The notes beneath the pieces were generated by a model. It was not told the DNA's origin and did no database searches. It saw nothing but the letters and a program-made list of their open reading frames with translations. The position numbers and the translations under genes were made by a program. A stretch of DNA of 63,951 nucleotides, the filler included, from an uncultured bacterium (GTDB lineage Bacteria; Hinthialibacterota; Hinthialibacteria; Hinthialibacterales; Hinthialibacteraceae): NCBI GenBank assembly GCA_964449065.1. It is 3 parts of 3 records of this genome, joined end to end, with 100 filler letters (N's around TTAATTAATTAA, not from the genome) between each part and the next. Parts side by side here need not be neighbours in the genome. Positions count along the whole stretch, not along the records: positions 46,175 to 63,951 come from CAYVAZ010000071.1; 2 more parts are not named here. The stretch is one strand, 5' to 3'. Position 1 is the stretch's first letter. The number at the start of each line of letters is the position of its first letter. Shown here in pieces: positions 62,445 to 63,951 of this stretch.

Positions 62445-63782
62445 TTAAATGATCGTGCCATTGGGGATCACCGCGCTTTTGGGAATCACTATAATTCCAT
62501 CACGGATGTAATAATTTTCTCCATCTTTCTCGTTTTCTCCCGCTTCATTTAAGATTCGGCAATCCGCGCCGATTCTCGCGTTTTTGTCGATAATCGCTTT
62601 GCGCACAATCGTTCGCGGCCCGATCCCCAAAGGCGGCGCGTTTTCGGGAACCGCTTCAATCCGCAGTTCTTCGTGATGGTCGTAATAATCCGCGCCCATA
62701 ATAATGGTATCATAAATTTGCGCGTTTTCTGAAATGATTCCCCGCACACCGACAATCGAGCGTTCAACCGCCGCACCCGAAATGATCGCGCCGTCACAAA
62801 TTAAACTGGAGCGGGTACTGGCATCGTTGATTTTGGCGCCGGGGAGAAAGCGCGGGCGTGTGTAAATCGGCCAACGCTCATCATGAAAGTTAAACACGGG
62901 AACGGTAGAGGTAAGCGACAAATTCGCTTCATAAAACGAGCGGATCGTTCCAATATCTTCCCAATAGCCGTCAAAAAAGTGAGCGACCACCTTTTTATTT
63001 TTGGTGAGTGCAGGAATGATATTGCGGCCAAAATCGGTCTCTTTGGTTTTGGAAAGGACATCGGAAAGCACGCCGGTTTTAAAGATATATATACCCATCG
63101 ATGCAATGTGCTCGCGTTGCCCCGGATCCACTTTGTACCGGTCAAACAATTGTCTCGGTACTTTTAATGATTCCAATTCGTTTTCTTCTTTCGGTTTTTC
63201 CACAAACGCGGTGATTTTACTGTTGTCATCCACTTGCAAAATGCCGAAATCGCTGCAACGGCTGCGTGAGACAGGCAAGGCGCCAACCGTGGCATCCGCA
63301 TTGGTATCCAAATGCGTTTTTAATAATCCGCGGTAGTCCATTCGGTACAAATGATCTCCCGAAAGAATGCAAATATGCTCCGGAATATGGCGCACCAACC
63401 GCCGCATAGCCTGCCGCACCGCGTCTGCTGTCCCTTGATACCAATCGACATTGTCTGGAGTCTGCTGTGCGGCCAAAATCTGCACAAATCCGCGTGAAAA
63501 CGAATCAAAGCGGTAGGTTTGGGTGATGTGGCGGTGCAGCGAATCGGAATTAAATTGCGTGAGCACATACACTTTATTCATATTTGAGTGAAGACAGTTG
63601 CTTAATGTCAAATCAATCAGCCGGAATTTACCGGCAACCGGTACCGCCGGTTTGGAACGCTCTTTGGTGAGAGGAAACAACCGGCTGCCTTGCCCGCCGC
63701 CCAAGATCATCACAATGGTGCGGTCTGCGGCTTTTTCTATATCGGACTGGATGGTTTTCAATTCAGCCATTTCTTCAGTCAT
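62445..63782 (-). CDS. glgC: Glucose-1-phosphate adenylyltransferase
   Basis: GGG.GSRL.PLT..R.KPAVP, LTQFNS, WYQGTADAV, LSGDHLY.MDY, EKP, ASMGIY, GYWEDIGT. Confidence 0.96.
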   Translation of the reverse strand: MTEEMAELKTIQSDIEKAADRTIVMILGGGQGSRLFPLTKERSKPAVPVAGKFRLIDLTLSNCLHSNMNKVYVLTQFNSDSLHRHITQTYRFDSFSRGFVQILAAQQTPDNVDWYQGTADAVRQAMRRLVRHIPEHICILSGDHLYRMDYRGLLKTHLDTNADATVGALPVSRSRCSDFGILQVDDNSKITAFVEKPKEENELESLKVPRQLFDRYKVDPGQREHIASMGIYIFKTGVLSDVLSKTKETDFGRNIIPALTKNKKVVAHFFDGYWEDIGTIRSFYEANLSLTSTVPVFNFHDERWPIYTRPRFLPGAKINDASTRSSLICDGAIISGAAVERSIVGVRGIISENAQIYDTIIMGADYYDHHEELRIEAVPENAPPLGIGPRTIVRKAIIDKNARIGADCRILNEAGENEKDGENYYIRDGIIVIPKSAVIPNGTII

Positions 63783-63898
63783 CATGCCCTCCCGAAGAAT
63801 TACATTAAATTCAAATCTCCTGCACATTTCATTCTAAAGGAATTGATAAAAAAAATAAGTAGTGACTTAACTACTTAACTTCTTTATCCTATTTTACT

Positions 63899-63951
63899 TA
63901 ACTGATGTTACGCAATCCATGATTGACGATTGCTTGAAAAATGGTTTTTGT
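63899..63951 (+). repeat. Element M4, second copy (runs off window)
   Basis: 49/53 nt identical to 22810-22862. Confidence 0.85.

Overview
Bacterial (diderm, probably an under-sampled candidate lineage; taxonomy cannot be fixed from this window) draft-genome sequence made of three unrelated contigs joined by artificial N44-TTAATTAATTAA-N44 linkers (23044-23143, 46075-46174), plus two internal N-gaps. Contig 1: lysS, a sugar aminotransferase/acetyltransferase pair, pilC-like gene, non-discriminating aspS, thiO-like gene, a nusA-infB-DUF503-rbfA-truB-rpsO-pnp operon lacking rimP and ribF, and a translationally coupled MscK-like channel plus GluR0-like ligand-gated K+ channel. Contig 2: O-antigen-ligase/TPR proteins around aroQ, an AT-rich nuclease/TA islet, pgeF, hpt, vapBC, a di-heme peroxidase, Tat-exported oxidoreductases and large secreted proteins. 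Contig 3: tgt, a large secreted protein, cyclophilin, SRP RNA, sensor kinase, rel, standalone fusA, rpmE, hpnH, glgC. No CRISPR, tRNA, rRNA or intact transposase was found. Best candidates for something new: (i) a ~225-nt multi-hairpin RNA with its own promoter and terminator (37718-37944, minus strand); (ii) the MscK-like/GluR0-like channel operon; (iii) several families of REP-like palindromes and TA-flanked MITEs carrying REP cargo, with an unannotated decayed RAYT transposase C-terminus beside a REP inverted pair; (iv) a probably sigma54-driven ~1010-aa protein with an internal sorting-signal-like motif. All calls are by-eye motif recognition without database searches.
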